DNA of 64,000 nucleotides from positions 202,244,001-202,308,000 of the forward strand of contig CM097885.1 in NCBI GenBank assembly GCA_044892525.1, written 5' to 3'. The stretch comes from Schmidtea polychroa (taxonomy: Eukaryota). The number at the start of each line of letters is the position of its first letter. Position 1 is the stretch's first letter. Below the pieces are notes generated by a model. The model worked only from the letters and a program-made list of their open reading frames with translations, was not told the origin of the DNA and did no database searches. The translations under genes were made by a program, and so were the position numbers. Below, in pieces: positions 1 through 15,840 of the stretch.

Positions 1-3000
1 GATAGAAAATATTTCTGAGTTTCATAACCTACGATGTTGCGAGCTGAAAATGCTTGATTTGACTTAGACATTCAAGATAGAAAAAGTTATGCGAATTTTA
101 TGACACTAGAGTTCGTAATTCCAACTTTCTTGCTGATTCAAACAAGCAAACAGATTTTCACTTTATGGTTAAGATAGCTACAGTAAATGTCAGTGTTATT
201 CCTAACACCGTGTTAAAGTAGTTTATAAATTTCACAAACAAAACTTATCATTGGTAAAGCATTCAGAATTTTTTTGGGAGCCATCTTTTCTATATATCTT
301 AAGTTATAAAAGTCTTTTTAAACTTTCTTTTTACGTACTTATTTGGCTGACAATCGGGAAAATTTTTGTTTTGATGGCTCCCATCAACACTGCAGATAGT
401 GTTTTTTTTAAATAATTTCAGTTAATTTGACATTGCATTTCCATTAAAGGATTGCCGTAAAACATGTATTTTCTTTAGTAATTACCATTATTACTGAAAC
501 GCTGTTAAACTACAAATGAAAGATTTCAAGATTAGTTAATAAAGTTATTTTAAGACATGTCAATTTAATAAATTTTATGATCATGAACTGTAAATCCCAA
601 ATCAACATTCGTATGACACATTATATAACATACAGCACTTCAATAAATATACACTCACATTATTTGATAACCACGTTAAAAACATCGTGCCAATTCTATG
701 ATGACAATAATTTTATAAAATGTATAATAAATTTTGTGAAATTTAAAATTAGACTTATCTCAGTTTTAGATTTCTATTTTTGTTTTAAAATATTTGTAAG
801 GAAATGATTTTGATTAAAAATTTTCTGTTCGATTAGAATACTTGANNNNNNNNNNNNNNNNNNNNNNNNNNNNNNNNNNNNNNNNNNNNNNNNNNNNNNN
901 NNNNNNNNNNNNNNNNNNNNNNNNNNNNNNNNNNNNNNNNNNNNNNNNNNNNNNNNNNNNNNNNNNNNNNNNNNNNNNNNNNNNAAAATAATTCAGTAAA
1001 TTATTTATTCCTTTTCTAGTTTCTTTATAATGAGATATTTTTTTATTTGAATTATGAAAGCCGAATTTTTGCTAGCTTAAGATACAACAAATTCCTAAAT
1101 TGATTGACAAACTTTTCAAGGACAGCAATTTTATATTTTCTCCACATAATGAATTAAAACACAAGTCATGAAATGGAAATAATTACAACAGCAAGCATAT
1201 TATGGGTGAAATATTAGAAATGTTTTCATAAATTGAAATTGCAATATTATATGAACTGCACCGCTGAATTCAATGAACTATCATTAATATCAATTTTGGA
1301 GAAATCTAAACACTAATAATGACATAAAACATTATCAAAATTTTGGAATGCCCATTATGTCATAAATTCACTGTTGTAATGTGCTAAAATATTTTAAAAC
1401 TGTCAAATATATTTCAAACCAGTTTCTCTTGGTTTACTATATTTCCAAGAACTAAAAATTTATATTTATAAGTTATTTATTATTATTTAAAAGGTAGCCT
1501 CAAGTATTGGATAATAACAAGTTTTATATATTTCTTAACTTTATTGCACTTCCAAATGTTTGAGTGGTATAACTGGTTTTTGCCTATTATTTCATTTTAA
1601 AAAATAAATTGAGAATCTTTTATATTTGAAAAAATTTTTTTTTGAAATTACTTGTTGAATTTGCAACGTGCCTCCCTAGTACTAATGCGACAGTTGAAAG
1701 AGTATTTTCAATTATTAATGATTTTTTAAGTAGTGTCAAATTTACATTAAATAGACATCTTATCAGCAGTGACTTCAGTGAAGATTTCTCCATTATACAC
1801 ACATGAATACTTCTGTAATGTTTCAAAAGAAAATCATTTTCTTTTTATCATTAAAAAAATTAATTCAAATGAAAAATATTATATAAAATAAAAATATGAA
1901 ATAACTTTTTTTACTTAACAAGTTTTTGTAGAACGCATAATAGCTCGCACGTTTCCATACATTATACCACTTTCGAGTATAGAAATATCTGGCCACTATA
2001 ATCTAACACCATGTTTAAACGTTAATAAGTCAAATTTTCAGGATAAGTCCCATTTTTATAATAACATTTTTGGTCTTCGGGATTTTTTGCAATTCAAAAT
2101 TATTTCAGTTAATAAAATTTTAGATTAACATCAAATCTTTTATTTGAAAACTTTCTACATTATTATTTATTTAAAATATTTAGAGCAATAATTTGTAAAT
2201 TGTAAAAAAACATAGGATATATCCCGTTTTATAAATGACACTAATAAAAGGTTCTCGGATAATTTTTACTCAACATTTCAATCGAATCTTAAGGAGTCTA
2301 TTTCATTTTCCGTTTTTTGATCCAGTCTTTTATTTTAATTAATTTTTAAAAAAAAACCGGAACATAATCATAAATTTATTTTCTGTAGAAAATCTCTACA
2401 TCCAACCCTAGTAGACTGTACAATGTCAAAAAATTACCACTAACTAAAAATGTTTGTGTCGAATGATTCAAGGGTGTCCAATAATTTTAAATAACTTTAA
2501 TTCCAAAATATTTTAAGTGTTAAAACAAACAAAGTTGGGCCAAAGAGCTCACTGTATTTTATTATATATCAAACATTTGGCTATTTCTAATTGGTTGGTT
2601 TAGGTGCACAATCTATACAATGGTCCGGATTCATTGAGAGCATCTCTGATTTTACGAGCAGGTAAATTTAATCAATTCTGTTATTTGTATTTTAACCAGT
2701 TATTAATTTAAAAATCGGCGAGTGTGCAAATGTTCATGTTTGAATAAATAAAACGGACAAATAGACACAATTCCAATTTGAACATTGACAAAATGCGAAA
2801 TTGAATGGATTTAAATGCGCAATAATTAAAGCGCTTGCTAAAGACATGTATTTGTATATATAATTGAACTATATTGTCTACTAATCATTTTTATAATTAA
2901 GTCCGCGAATTTTAATAATCGCTTAAAAAACCAATGTCCGATACTTGAAATTTTTCGAAAAAACTGCTTTACAATATTCTAGTTAATTCTGTATATAAAC

Positions 3001-6000
3001 TCCAAATAAATTTAATTTTCTTCCAGTTTCAGATGTCAATTGATCCATAAATTAAAAATAGAATACTTTTCGGCACAAAGTCTTTTTTAATTAAATTGTA
3101 ATAAAACGCATAACTGTAGAACAAATCTGAGCCACAGATTCTTTTCATTTAGCACTTCAGCATAACCATAACATTGGAGGTTATATTTTATTATATATTT
3201 GACTGACAGACTTTTGATATGTTGACAGATGAATTCTAACAGAGAAGCTTAATTAACCTTGACAAATGACTTCAGAATAACAGATATACTTCTTGTAAAT
3301 CTTGTAACAGGATTGATTTTAACATTTAGTACAATATTTCCCGTGCAATACAATATTAAAACCTGGAATTTTTCACAGCACATCTAAAATCATTAATGTT
3401 TTTATGAAATAACGCTTATTTATTTTTGAGCATTTATTGAATGAGATGGGTGAGTTTGCTTTCCCGAACAAATCAAATTGATACGAGTTTCCAAAGTTGA
3501 TAAACAAGCTCACATTTCAAATATTAAATGAAATAAATGATTGATAATTTATTCAAAACTTTAGAAAACATTTAAAAATTATGCCCAGCCTAAATGTTTT
3601 ACATGGCTTTCTAAATTAAAAAATACGAATTATTAAACTGGAAAAAATAAAGCAGTTTTTTAATATACAGTTCAAGGTTTCAAAACCCTATTTAAAATAG
3701 TCTGAAAAGTCTTCGCGAAACATAGTTTGGGATAAATAATACTAATCTAATATAACTTATATTAAGGATTTGCAATTAATATTAATAGTAGAATTTAGAT
3801 TATATTTTGACCTAGTTTTGTGAATTTTGAATTTCATGTTGGATGGACTTATATTACTAATCATCAACATCAACTATCTTATTATAATGAAATCATACAT
3901 AACGCGTTTAAAGATCATAAGTAGTTGCCACCTCCCCATCTATCCTCATCTATTGTCATTTTTTTTTTGAAAAAAAGCCTCTAGGTTTACTGGCTAAAAC
4001 GCTTAAGACAATGTTGAGCATAATTTCATGTCTCAATGATTCTTCGTGATTCAATTATCATATAGAATTATATAGAAGTTTGTATATTCTATTCATGAGA
4101 AACATTAATGTATTAAAATAAATATTATAATAGGCATGTTTTTTTGTTTTCTATATTCATGGACTGTCTTTATTTTACTTTTCCTGCAAAACCAAAAATA
4201 TAAATCATTTTCAGTCTAACCTGTCTCCAATTTCCGGTTTCTAATTTGAACGTATCTTAAAAGAAATATGAGAAATCAAGCATCAATGAGGATCACATAT
4301 CAATAACAAATATCGGCATTCATTAAATTTTTGTCAATAGTTTCTATTAGATCATAATTAAATGATCTAAGGCGATGAATCTATCAATAAACATATTTAT
4401 TCCCAATAAATATGGCTGTGGTCCTTATCTATTACCACATTTATTTAACGATCCAAATTGTAAAACTGCTCCATAGTATCAAAAATTATCAAAAGAAAAT
4501 TTGAATTTATTTATATTTTGCTATTTTTCCTTTGAGCAACATGACGAATAATTGTAGAGACAGATAACATAAAACTTGCATATTTTAGTAATTAAATATT
4601 GCAATCTGTTCGATATGTTGGCTTCATTTATTCCCGAGAATTTCGTGAAGCAATGTTATGATTCACGTAAAAAGAATATTAGTTGTTTACGCCACTTGCG
4701 TTTTAAACAACTATGCGCATTCTGATCATGCAGTTTCATTCTTATGATCAATTACATTAGTTTTAGTTTCGAAAGGATATTTACCATTTCTACATTCCGA
4801 ATCAATCATAATCCTAATTAATTTTTACACGATTTCATCTTTATTTGCATTTCACACCCAACGCGGATTTTATAGACATCTAACAGATTATATTTACTTT
4901 GTTGTATTGGTACATTATCAAAGTCGAAAGCATTAAGATCAGGGCTTTGAAATGTTATTTTTTCGATCCGATTTTCATTCATGTTTACTCTAAATAAAAA
5001 ACTCGGTCAAGTGCCGGTTTTTGTCCCATCAAAATATGGGTTTTCAGTTTTCGGTTCAGTTCCAAAGTCCCAAATTTATAATTTATTTCCTATTATGGTA
5101 TTTTCTCTTGTAGTTTTCTTCAGACAATTGGAATTTTCATCTTTGTAGTAGTTTGAAGGCGGCTATTAACCCATTCAAAATGATGTTCGAATGCTTTAGC
5201 TTCTCTGTCAGTTGGCATTGAGGAATCCTAAATTACTTTACAAACATTTCTCATGTTTTCAACAGAGCTACACCTCACGCCATTCAAATTACAATTTTGC
5301 TGATGCAATATCTTAAAACCTTTTTGATACATCAGTTGGTTGAGAACAAACGCATTGATTGTACTTGTACATTAGTGTACTGGACATGTGACCTACAGTT
5401 GTCATTTGCTGCGAAACAATTAAAATTGGATGACTTTTGTATGAATTTATACTTCCTAAATTTAAATTGCAACATTTTTAATAAAATGTCATGTACATGA
5501 TTCAATTTATTATCCATTCAATTTATTTTCAAACATGAATTTCTAATAACTACAAACAACAACCAATTCTTAATTTGATAAGACGATATTGGTTTGACAT
5601 TTTTTATGCTATAATATAATTCGAAATCGAAGAGTTAAAAAACAACATTTACCCATAAAAATGTTGATCGGCTGATTAAAATTTAGGTCAACATTTTTAC
5701 TATTATATACAGTAGAAGTGAATTTGTTACAATTTTCAATTTATCAGCTATTCATTTTTAGACAATATTAATCTTCAAGTAACTCAAATTCCAATGCACA
5801 AATTAAAACATTGAAATTACAAGATGCCAGATAAATTTAATAAAAATTACTTGTGTAATTATATAGGTATTTGGGACAAAATTTGCCAATTTTAGCACAA
5901 TATTAATTTGTGTAATATAAAGTGTTAGAAACATAACCATATTTCTTACAATATTTTTATGAAATGATTGCATAAATTATACATGTCCACCAAGTAAGTT

Positions 6001-6046
6001 GAATTTTGACTTATTTTTAGTTATAGATTGTATTTTATTTTGTATG

Positions 6047-6048
<2 letters not shown>

Positions 6049-6131
<83 letters not shown>
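6049..6131. repeat. (ATT)n microsatellite
   Basis: Uninterrupted tta/att run read directly. Confidence 0.97.
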
Positions 6132-6668
6132 GAAAATTTAATCTTAAAATCTGAATAAAGAAAAAATATTTTATTAAAAAATAGAATATTAAAATTAATA
6201 TTTTAGTTTTTATAGTTTTTTAAAAATTTTACAACATTAATATCCTTTTAAAATAAAAAGAAATAAAGATAAAGGAAATTAAAAATAAAAATAGATTAAT
6301 AATCAAAAATTAAAAGATGTTCCTAACAACTTATATTTTAATGATTGACAATATTATAATTATTTGAGGGTTCAGTTCTTCATGAGTCACAATGAAAAAT
6401 TTTGTAAATTGACTAATTTCAGAGACATTTTTCATCAAATTTTTTTATTGCGATGTAAATGAGTTAAATGAATTAATGATTTTCTATTACTTGGTGGCCA
6501 ATTTTACATTTGAATGTCTTGTTAAATCAAACTTAATAGCACGAGAAAAGTAATATAACAGAGTATTTATAACAATTATGCTTATTCGCGTAGAATATTT
6601 TTCCGCGACCGGAAACATTTTTATTTATACATATTTCCATTTTAATGCAAATGTTCAAGGCTATAGAC

Positions 6669-6908
6669 CAGTTCTTCCCGACCTTCTTTATACCATGCCC
6701 CACCGTAGTATTTTCAAAAATCTGTCAAAATAATCAGTATTGCTAGTATGCAAAAATAACGGTCGATGAAATTATTGTATGCATGTTATTATATTTAATT
6801 GTGAATGAGAATATTATATGTGGAATAGTTAATAATTGCTAACGTGTCCCACCTCTGAAGCGCGGTGCCCCACTTATGAGGTGTGAAGCCCCACCGTGAG
6901 AAACACTG
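6669..6908. mobile_element. hAT-type MITE (240 bp)
   Basis: Imperfect TIRs CAGTTCTTCCC / CAGTGTTTCTC (revcomp of right end); perfect 8-bp TSD CTATAGAC at 6661-6668 and 6909-6916; internal GCCCCAC motifs. Confidence 0.88.
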
Positions 6909-8549
6909 CTATAGACAATGATTTTGTGTATTCAAGGTCAATGCAATCATTTTATATTACCGACATGCCTGCATTACATGCGCAAAATTTGACACTAAAA
7001 ATAGAAAATAGCATGGTTAGAAAAAAAAATTCAGCGACTGTATTCCTTTGACCAGGTGCCATTGAGTTTGAAAAATTATCTTGGTGGGAGAAAATTGAAA
7101 ATTTATACGATATAAAAAAGTCACTGTCTAGCTTTGGGGTCTAGTCAAGAAATTTCGGAAATGATTGAAAATATATAAACTAATAATTATTAATAAATTA
7201 TTTTATTTAAAGTTTTCAAAAATGTTATAAAGCCTTAATACTTATGAGATGACATGATAATTTCTAAAGCAATAAACCAATAAAAACAATCTAAAATATA
7301 ATTTAAACTATTCTCATTCATATACATAACAAGTAAACCAAGTCTCTTGATAAAGGTTGAACCTAAAATTTATGATATTTTATTGTCTTATTGTAATCTA
7401 ATTCGATCAATTATCATTATGATAAAATCTCAAAATTGGAAATATTTTTAAGAATTATTCCTGAAAATTTTACACAAGCAGTTCTTATTGAAATTTTATT
7501 ATTAATGTATCTTCTCATAAAACTTTGTAAAACATTACTTGTGAATCATAATATTAATTCACATAAAGAACATTCTGTTGAACTGCTTTCCTTGCAATGT
7601 AGTTATTGGGCAATATCTGCTATTCGTATATCATGTGCGCTGCGACTAGCTAGAACTGGTGCGGCCGAAATTCATCATATAATTATTAATACATACCAAA
7701 TCATATAATATCTTGGCCGCCGATTTATTTACGATTAAAAGAAATGTCAATGCATTTAAGAAGAAATTATTCCAAGTATTAATTTCAATAAATATCAATT
7801 AAATTAAATATTTGCCACGTATTTCTTCAAAGTGATATTTAGATTTTTTTTAAATATATTTTTGGTTTGAAATAAATTTTCAATTCATAAGCATTGTCAA
7901 CAAAGTCTGCATGTCTATTCAACATGCCATTGGATTTTGAACTCTTGTTCATTTTGAATTATACACTTTTGGGTTGGTTTTTCGGTTTTTCAAATATTCA
8001 AATTTGATGTAGTATTTTAATATTCTTCATTAAAGGTATTCGTTGAAGTGATATAAAAACTGGACTTGTTTGATGCATCTTTTTGAATGCCACTTTAAAC
8101 ATTTTATTAATGACAATAGTTTGTTTAATTAAATTAATTAATATCGTTCTTGGCAAAATATTGGCTATATAAGACCAAATAATGGATAGGAAATCTAATA
8201 AAAGTTATTTGGTGTTCGAAATAGAAACTTTCTTCGTCGTTAATATTTTATTTTTATTTTATGTTACTATTTATCAACGGAAATGGTTGAGCAAGATTCT
8301 TTTGCTTAATTTTTCATCTAATGTAGTTTTTATTTGGAAAGATACATATGTTTGATACATGAGTCACTCCTTTACCAAATTTATTTAACACTGGTACTAT
8401 GATGTCGGTCAAATTGACCTGCATTTACATGTGAAACTTTTTTGAATTATAATACTAGTGTTAAAAAATTAGAGTAGATTTATGAACAATATTTAATGCT
8501 GTTTTAACGTGATTTACATGAATATTTGCTGCAATATATAACCGTTGAT

Positions 8550-8974
8550 GGTTTTATATTCATCGAATATTTTCCAAAAGGTAGAAAAATCGCCATTGAA
8601 TACTATTTAAAACTATTGGATCGTTTAAAAGATAAAGTCAAACAAAAACGACCACATTTAACGAAGAAAACCTGATTACGCACTGTTACACAAAGGTGTA
8701 ACTGCAAAAGCAAAACTAGTGCAGTTACGTTACGAATTACTTTCCCATCCGCCATATTCTCCAAATTTGGCTCCTTGAGGCTTTCTTTTTTCCAAACTTG
8801 AGGAAGCGGTTTACAGGTAGGAAGTTTCAGTCAAATCAAGTAATCGAATGAGAAACAAATGAATGTTTTTCTGAGAGTATTAAAAACTTGAAAACCGTTA
8901 GATGAAATATATTGTGGGATTTTTCAAAAAAATTATTTTTTCTTATGTAGACCAAAGACTTATCAAACCGCCTA
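8550..8974 (+). pseudogene. mariner transposase C-terminal remnant with 3' TIR
   Basis: Translates to FIFIEYFPKGRKIAIEYYLKLLDRLKDKVKQKRPHL and HPPYSPNLAP (mariner YSPDLAP motif) with stops and frameshifts; ends in a TIR-like sequence followed by TA. Confidence 0.85.
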
Positions 8975-11663
8975 ATGTGAAAAAATTTAACACATGGTCG
9001 TTGAATGAAATATTATTTACTTGTCTCAAAAATAAAAATGAATATTTTTTGCTGCCATTAATCAAAACTTAACGTCATATGTGAAAATTGTTTTTGCAAG
9101 AATCGTTGCCATTATGATCATATGATTCAAAATGATCTAATTTAGTTTTTGGGCTTTTTATGTTATTTAAACATCCACTTGACTTTAAATGGCGTATCAA
9201 TACTTTGTTTATTTTTAACGAATTTGCACTTATTTATTATAATTTAAATAAATATATAATATTTCAATCTATCCCATTAAAGATCACCTTTTTTGCATTA
9301 TTTTCATTTAAAAATATTTTAAACCAATGAAATCGATCTATTCAACAATTAAAACGGTTTAGTAGATTGCCGAGTTTTTTTTAATATCAAGATTTAACTT
9401 TTCAAATTTATGAAGAAAATGCGCAATAGTTTTATTCTGACAATTTTGAATCTTATTCATTAATTGGCTTATTTTTATTTTCCAGAATTTTAGTAATACA
9501 TTTATTGGAAACGATAAAAATATACATTTTTTCACTATTGTGTAAAATTATTTAAAATTCAAAAAGCATTTCATGTACATATATTTTTCGTAAACTAATT
9601 TAATTTAATATTATTTTATTTAATTTTTAAAGTTCAATAAAATCAATAAAATTAATTTGAATAATTAATAAACCTATGATTAATAAGTAATATTGATTGA
9701 CTAACATATGTTAAGGGCTGTCCTGAAAAATTGTGGCCATCTTTAAGACTTATTGAGTAATTGTTATCTAAAACATTTAGTTTTGCTCATTTGATGAGAT
9801 AGAAAATTTAGAATTTTACTGTTAAAACATTTTTAAAAATTTAATTCCATGATAGATTAAAAATTTTCTAAACAATATAAACTGAAATTGAAGTATAAAA
9901 CAATTTCAATGTTCATTTTCAAATTGACCCCCCAGTTGGGCGTGGCACCCACTCTGGGAAACACTATATACTTATATAAATTAATTATTTGTTTAAATAT
10001 TGTATAAAAGTCGTTAAATCAAACTTGTTTTCAAATTAATTTTATGAGGCCAATTTTCTGAAGGATACGTTTTTTAATTCGTTTTTAAAATTAATTGAAT
10101 CATTCGTCTAATGGTTTATCCTTTTAATGGCTTATCCTTTTCAATTTTTAAATCTAAGTTCATTGTCTCAAGTTTTTATGATGAAAGTTACCTTGATTAT
10201 AAAGGCTAAAGTTTTTAACATATAAAACCCTATAAATCTGTAGTTTGCGGATATCAAAATGTCTCTGAAGTGGCCATTGTATTTAAAACTATATTCTCTT
10301 TTGTTTCTATACTGTTAATGTGAATATTACAATGTATTTTGGGCTTAAATTATAAAAGATCAATTTTCTGCAAAAACGCGTTTAGACTACATTTGTCTAT
10401 TGTAAATATTTATGCTTGTAAAAATCACAATATAAATCTCTAAAATGTTTCGGCTATTATTTTATTCTTTTCAAACAAATATTCTCCTTGATTTTAGATT
10501 TATTTAAATTTCTTAATATAAAAACTTTTTTAACTCACTATTTTTCGTCAAAATTTGCAAAATTTTTAACACGATCCAACCGAGGTTTGATACTTATTAA
10601 TATACATAATGTGTTCATTACACAAATTAGAGATAATCCTATTACTTAAATTACCAGACTGTTTTCTTATCATCCTCTTAAAATCTTAATAATTCTCCGA
10701 GTACAGAATTACTAACACAAATTTAGATTCGACTTACTTACACGCACTATTAATGTTATTTATTTCACCATCCGATTTACACACTAATCAAATTACACCC
10801 AGACATACGCAAACATGTATCCTTAGAATCCATAGTTAGTAAAAAACCCTTCTATTCTTTAGTGAAACGAAAAGAAATTCATAGATTGTGTTCTTGGAGT
10901 TGGTAATTCTGCGCAAGGATTAATATCACGAGACAGATATTTAGAGGAACTCAACCGATACTGGCCATTTTACTTCGCCTGAAATTTTTTGTGAATATAG
11001 TAAATTGACTATTATGTGCAAATCAGAAGGTGAAATAAATAGCATTAATATAGTGCTTGTAAAGATTTATGTTAGTATTGTCGTATTTGGAAGGTTATAA
11101 AGAGCATTTGGGAAATTTCACTATTAAGGTTGTTTATAATTCGTCTAAAGTATGCAATATGTTGATTACTGAGTCTCAAACTCCGGTTAGATTGTGTTCG
11201 GATCATTGAATCCTAAAACTAAGGTGTTGTGAACTCACGTTTTGAATGTTTTTTTAAAATTTTAAATGTTAAATTGAGAGCATATGAATTGTAGATGTTT
11301 TGAAATGTGTTGAATGGTTAAATTGAAATATTATAAACTTTGTTTTTAATATTTTCAAATATTTAGATTGATGATTAAAAATTAAAATTATTTTGGATGT
11401 TAATTATATGTCATTTAAAAAAATTAGATTTTATAAATAATTATTTAAATTGAAATTAAAATTAAAAATAATAATAATAGGTTTTTATAAAAGAATTTGG
11501 TGCTATATGAATTAACGTTAAACATTCGTTAAAAGAAACAAGTTAAAGAATCTTGAAATTATATTCAAGGCCAAATAAATCATTAATTGACGTAATTGCT
11601 AGTTCTTATTTATCACAGGAAAAATAAATAAATTTTAATAAATCTATTTTTATATACATTAAT

Positions 11664-12088
11664 CAGTGCCGTTCCTGTGTTGCTGGCCGCTTAGGTGCAA
11701 AAACAATATTGGTGCCCCTATTAATTTAATTTTTTGATTAGAATTTGCTGATGTACGGATCACCCGATGGGGATTATTATCTTGTAAAAATTAACCCTTA
11801 TGGGATTGAATATAGAATATGAAAACCTAATAAAAATGAGTGAAGAAAAAGTTAATAAGCACCAGATTTCCTTTTTGTTTTTCTTTCTGACATCTAAGAA
11901 GGTATAATATTTTTTTTATTCATAATAAAATTTCTAAATAGTAAAACTTACTTTTATTAAGTATACTTTATTTGTTAGATTATCTAAAATCAATTTTTTA
12001 ATATAATAATAGCCGGTCGGCGGTCGCCCTTCAACTTGGCCTCTCACGTGCGGGGGCACCTTCTGCACCCCCACCAGGAACGGGCCTG
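11664..12088. mobile_element. hAT-type MITE (425 bp)
   Basis: TIRs CAGTGCCGTTCCTG / CAGGCCCGTTCCTG; perfect 8-bp TSD ACATTAAT at 11656-11663 and 12089-12096. Confidence 0.88.
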
Positions 12089-12937
12089 ACATTAATTAAT
12101 GTGCTGATTATAATAAGTATATACAGATAAAGCTTATAATAATAGTTTATTAAGACATTTAAATATGAGAAAATTTCAGTGATTAAAAATTTTGGGAAAT
12201 ACCAAGTAAATACAGTTCGTTTTTTACTCTTATCGTGACATTTAAGCGAGCCCCAAATATTTCATTTATAAAACCGCTTTATGATCCATTATAAGTTTAT
12301 ATTTAATTATATTTCCTTATTATTTCAAAGTTCCCAATTTTTAAAAAAAAATCATTTATACAGTATAAAAATTATATTAATTTTTAATATAACCGATTTA
12401 TAACATTCGATAATAGAATAATGAAATGGATACTTTTGTTTTATTTTATTGAATAATGCGTATTTCAATCTAGATAATATTATTAAAAATTCTCCTAATT
12501 TCAAATATTTTGAGTGATTAAACAATTTCATTTAAAATTATTTATGCCAATTTTAATCAATAAAATGAAACAAAATTATTATTAATTTTTTATTACACTC
12601 GAAGAATTTTTCACTGATTAGATTTTTCAGCTTTTATGCTTAACTTATGTCGCCGCGATTTGCGTAAATAACTATTTCAGTTACAAATTTCTTTTATGGA
12701 CTCAATGTTCATTTTTATGGTAAAATGTACCAGCCACATTTTGTGATTTATGTAAAAATGATATGTATATACAATTTTTCAAGGTTTAATAGACCTGAAC
12801 ATAAAATTGTGATGTTTATTTCAAATGAGTGCACAAATTAATATTATTATAACAATTTTATTTATATCAAAAATCAATAACTTTTCTAAAACATGATAAT
12901 AATCTAATTATAATAATAATATAAAATGATGATTTCT

Positions 12938-13129
12938 TGGTAGCAGCATTTATTATTTAAAACAATAAAATGATAATTTAAGCCTTTTGCTGCAAATAAT
13001 GTATTTAATGAAAAAATTTTCGACTATAAGATAGTCTTTGTCAATCTCAAGGATTATTCTTATAGTCGACAATTTTTTCATTAAATACATTATTTGCAGC
13101 AAAAGGCTTAAATTATCATTTTATTGTTT

Positions 13130-13131
<2 letters not shown>
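12938..13131. repeat. long-palindrome repeat family 1, copy A
   Basis: 74-bp inverted arms 12958-13031 / 13058-13131 (one mismatch), 26-nt spacer; same sequence at 24215-24399 and 35495-35574. Confidence 0.92.

Positions 13132-13132
<1 letters not shown>

Positions 13133-13205
<73 letters not shown>
13133..13205. repeat. (AAT)n microsatellite abutting palindrome copy A
   Basis: Direct reading. Confidence 0.97.
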
Positions 13206-13206
<1 letters not shown>

Positions 13207-15840
13207 CAATAACTAACTAGAAAATTCAATACATTCGATTTTATGATTTTTATGAACTATTTCTGGTTAAGTCTAAATTGAGTCTATACTAAAAATATTT
13301 TTGTGATTTTCAAATATATTAAATTGTATTTCTTATCCTTAAAAGTTTATTAAATTTTTGAGTCTTTCTATATTATGTCCGTAGATCTCTTTGAAAGAAA
13401 CTTTATAGACATTAATTGATTACCAATTGGTCACTCGTTGCAAATGTAAACAAATATATATGAAATAAAAATAATTCGATTTAATCTGTGTTTCATGATG
13501 ACTTGTAAAATTATTTCATTTAAGATATTATCTTAGGAGAATAGTTTAAGATAGTTTGTTTGATGAAATATGAATATTTTATTTACACATCAGTTGCGTA
13601 CGCGAGGTTTCAGAATATACTGAAATTATTACGTTATTATGCATTGTTTATCAGTTCATGAATTAAACGTATTTCACCAAATTTCAAATGCTTAATGTAA
13701 TTTTTCGATGCTTAATAAACACATTTTTCTCGATTATGATAGCGGTAAAACCGCGTGTAACAAATAAAGGTTTCCCAATGAGAAAACTGATATGTGACTA
13801 ATAAGTCAATCAATGAGTATTTGTGTAATAAGTAGTTTATTATTTTATTACGCTTCACCCTACAATTTATTATCGCAATATATAATTCAGCCAATCATTA
13901 GATAATAAATAAAATCAATCTATTTCAGAATCCAATGGAGATTTGTTTAATGATCAATCGATACTGACCTCAGATTCCGATAACTGCAACAGTGCGTCTG
14001 AAGAGTAAGAAATATATTTATCACTTTCTCATTAAAAAAATATTATTTAACCGTGAATTTATTACGTTATTGATTTGTTTTAAATAATAAATAAAATTAG
14101 TTAAAATCATTGACTTTTTAAATGAAAATAAATTTATCAATATTTGTTGCCATCAGTCGGACAAAGACAATTTTTTATCACATGATTTACTCAGAGATGG
14201 TTTTGTGTTTGAATTCAATAAGTATACATTCTCCTAATTTGTCTTTGTTTCGCTCTATCTCGTAAGACAACCGCATGAGTTAATTTTCTCTGCAACTCCT
14301 GGTTTTTTTTAAATCATTTTCTGAAATCAACTAGAATAGCAATATATTTAATTTCCTCAGCTCTAACTGATAGATGATAACACGACACTTATTTCCCTAC
14401 TNNNNNNNNNNNNNNNNNNNNNNNNNNNNNNNNNNNNNNNNNNNNNNNNNNNNNNNNNNNNNNNNNNNNNNNNNNNNNNNNNNNNNNNNNNNNNNNNNNN
14501 NNNNNNNNNNNNNNNNNNNNNNNNNNNNNNNNNNNNNNNNCATATTTATACAACTACATTAGACATGTGCCATAAAAGATTTCTATATCATTACACATAT
14601 TCGATAATGAATAGTGCAGACTTTTTCAAGTCAATTGTACCTTGAGATGATAATTAGATATTATGAATTGTTATAATTCTCTTTCTGCATTTTTAATATC
14701 ATCTCAAAGCATAATAATTGCTATTATCCACCATTGCTATGGGAGATCTAGTGGCATACCGAATGGATCGATCATAATAGATAAATTCTGCACATGTCAT
14801 CTGTGTTTGTATTGAAATCGCATTGCTGTGGAAAATTGATTTCCCTATCATTGGTTAAGTCGATTTTATTTTTCCTTCGACTAGAAAGAGTAATTAATAT
14901 GTTTAATACTTCCCCAAACATAGATTAAGTTTAAAATTCTATTTTATTTTTTTTATCTACTTTTTACAATGATTTGACAAGGAAATTAGTCTACAAGTGA
15001 GCAAAGTCGAAGGGATTTTCCATGATGCATGTACTCCGTGTTGTGTAGGTGTCGATTTATGTCAAACTGTTCGAGGGGGAGAGACAGAATATTGAAATTT
15101 CAACAGTTTCAAAACTACATCTGTAATGTGCGATTTATGACTGTGTGTGTTTATGTGTGTGGTTGTGTCTGCATAACTTTGTGTGTGCGCTCGTGTGTGC
15201 ATAGCTATGTTTGTGTGTTCGTAGTTGAGTTTCGTTGGTTCATTTTTCTAAATTTGGCCGTTTCATCAAGTAGGTGGTGACTTTTACAATGTGATTTGTT
15301 TTATTGTTATTTATTGCAGCTCAGCTCATCAATTATTATTACAGTTGTCAAAATTAAGTAGTTCTCTGATATCACATATATTTATTTTTAATTGTAATTA
15401 ATTTCTTTTCTTTCAGCATTTCCATTTTTTTAATTCTTGAATTCTATATAAATCAAATTTTTCTGTGGAGAATTTTAGGAAATTATTTTAAATTAATATG
15501 TTTTTGCCTTCGATATCAATAACTGATTTTGTTGATTTCCCGTGCCTATATGTATAAATATATAAATCTATGTTGATTTGATTAGTTTGTTGTGCCACTT
15601 TAAAAAGTCAATAAACATTTTTTTATAATTAAACTTTTCTGAATTAAATATTGATTTTTTGAATTTCCGTTATTTGATTTAATTAATTGATTACATTTAA
15701 ACAATTTTCTATGTCTATTGAATATATAATAATTTATATTTAACAATGTTATTCGAAAGTAATCATTATTTCAATTTCCTGAATTCTGATAACATTCTAC
15801 TTGTTTGACCATGAAGCTAGAAAAGGTAAAATGTATAATC

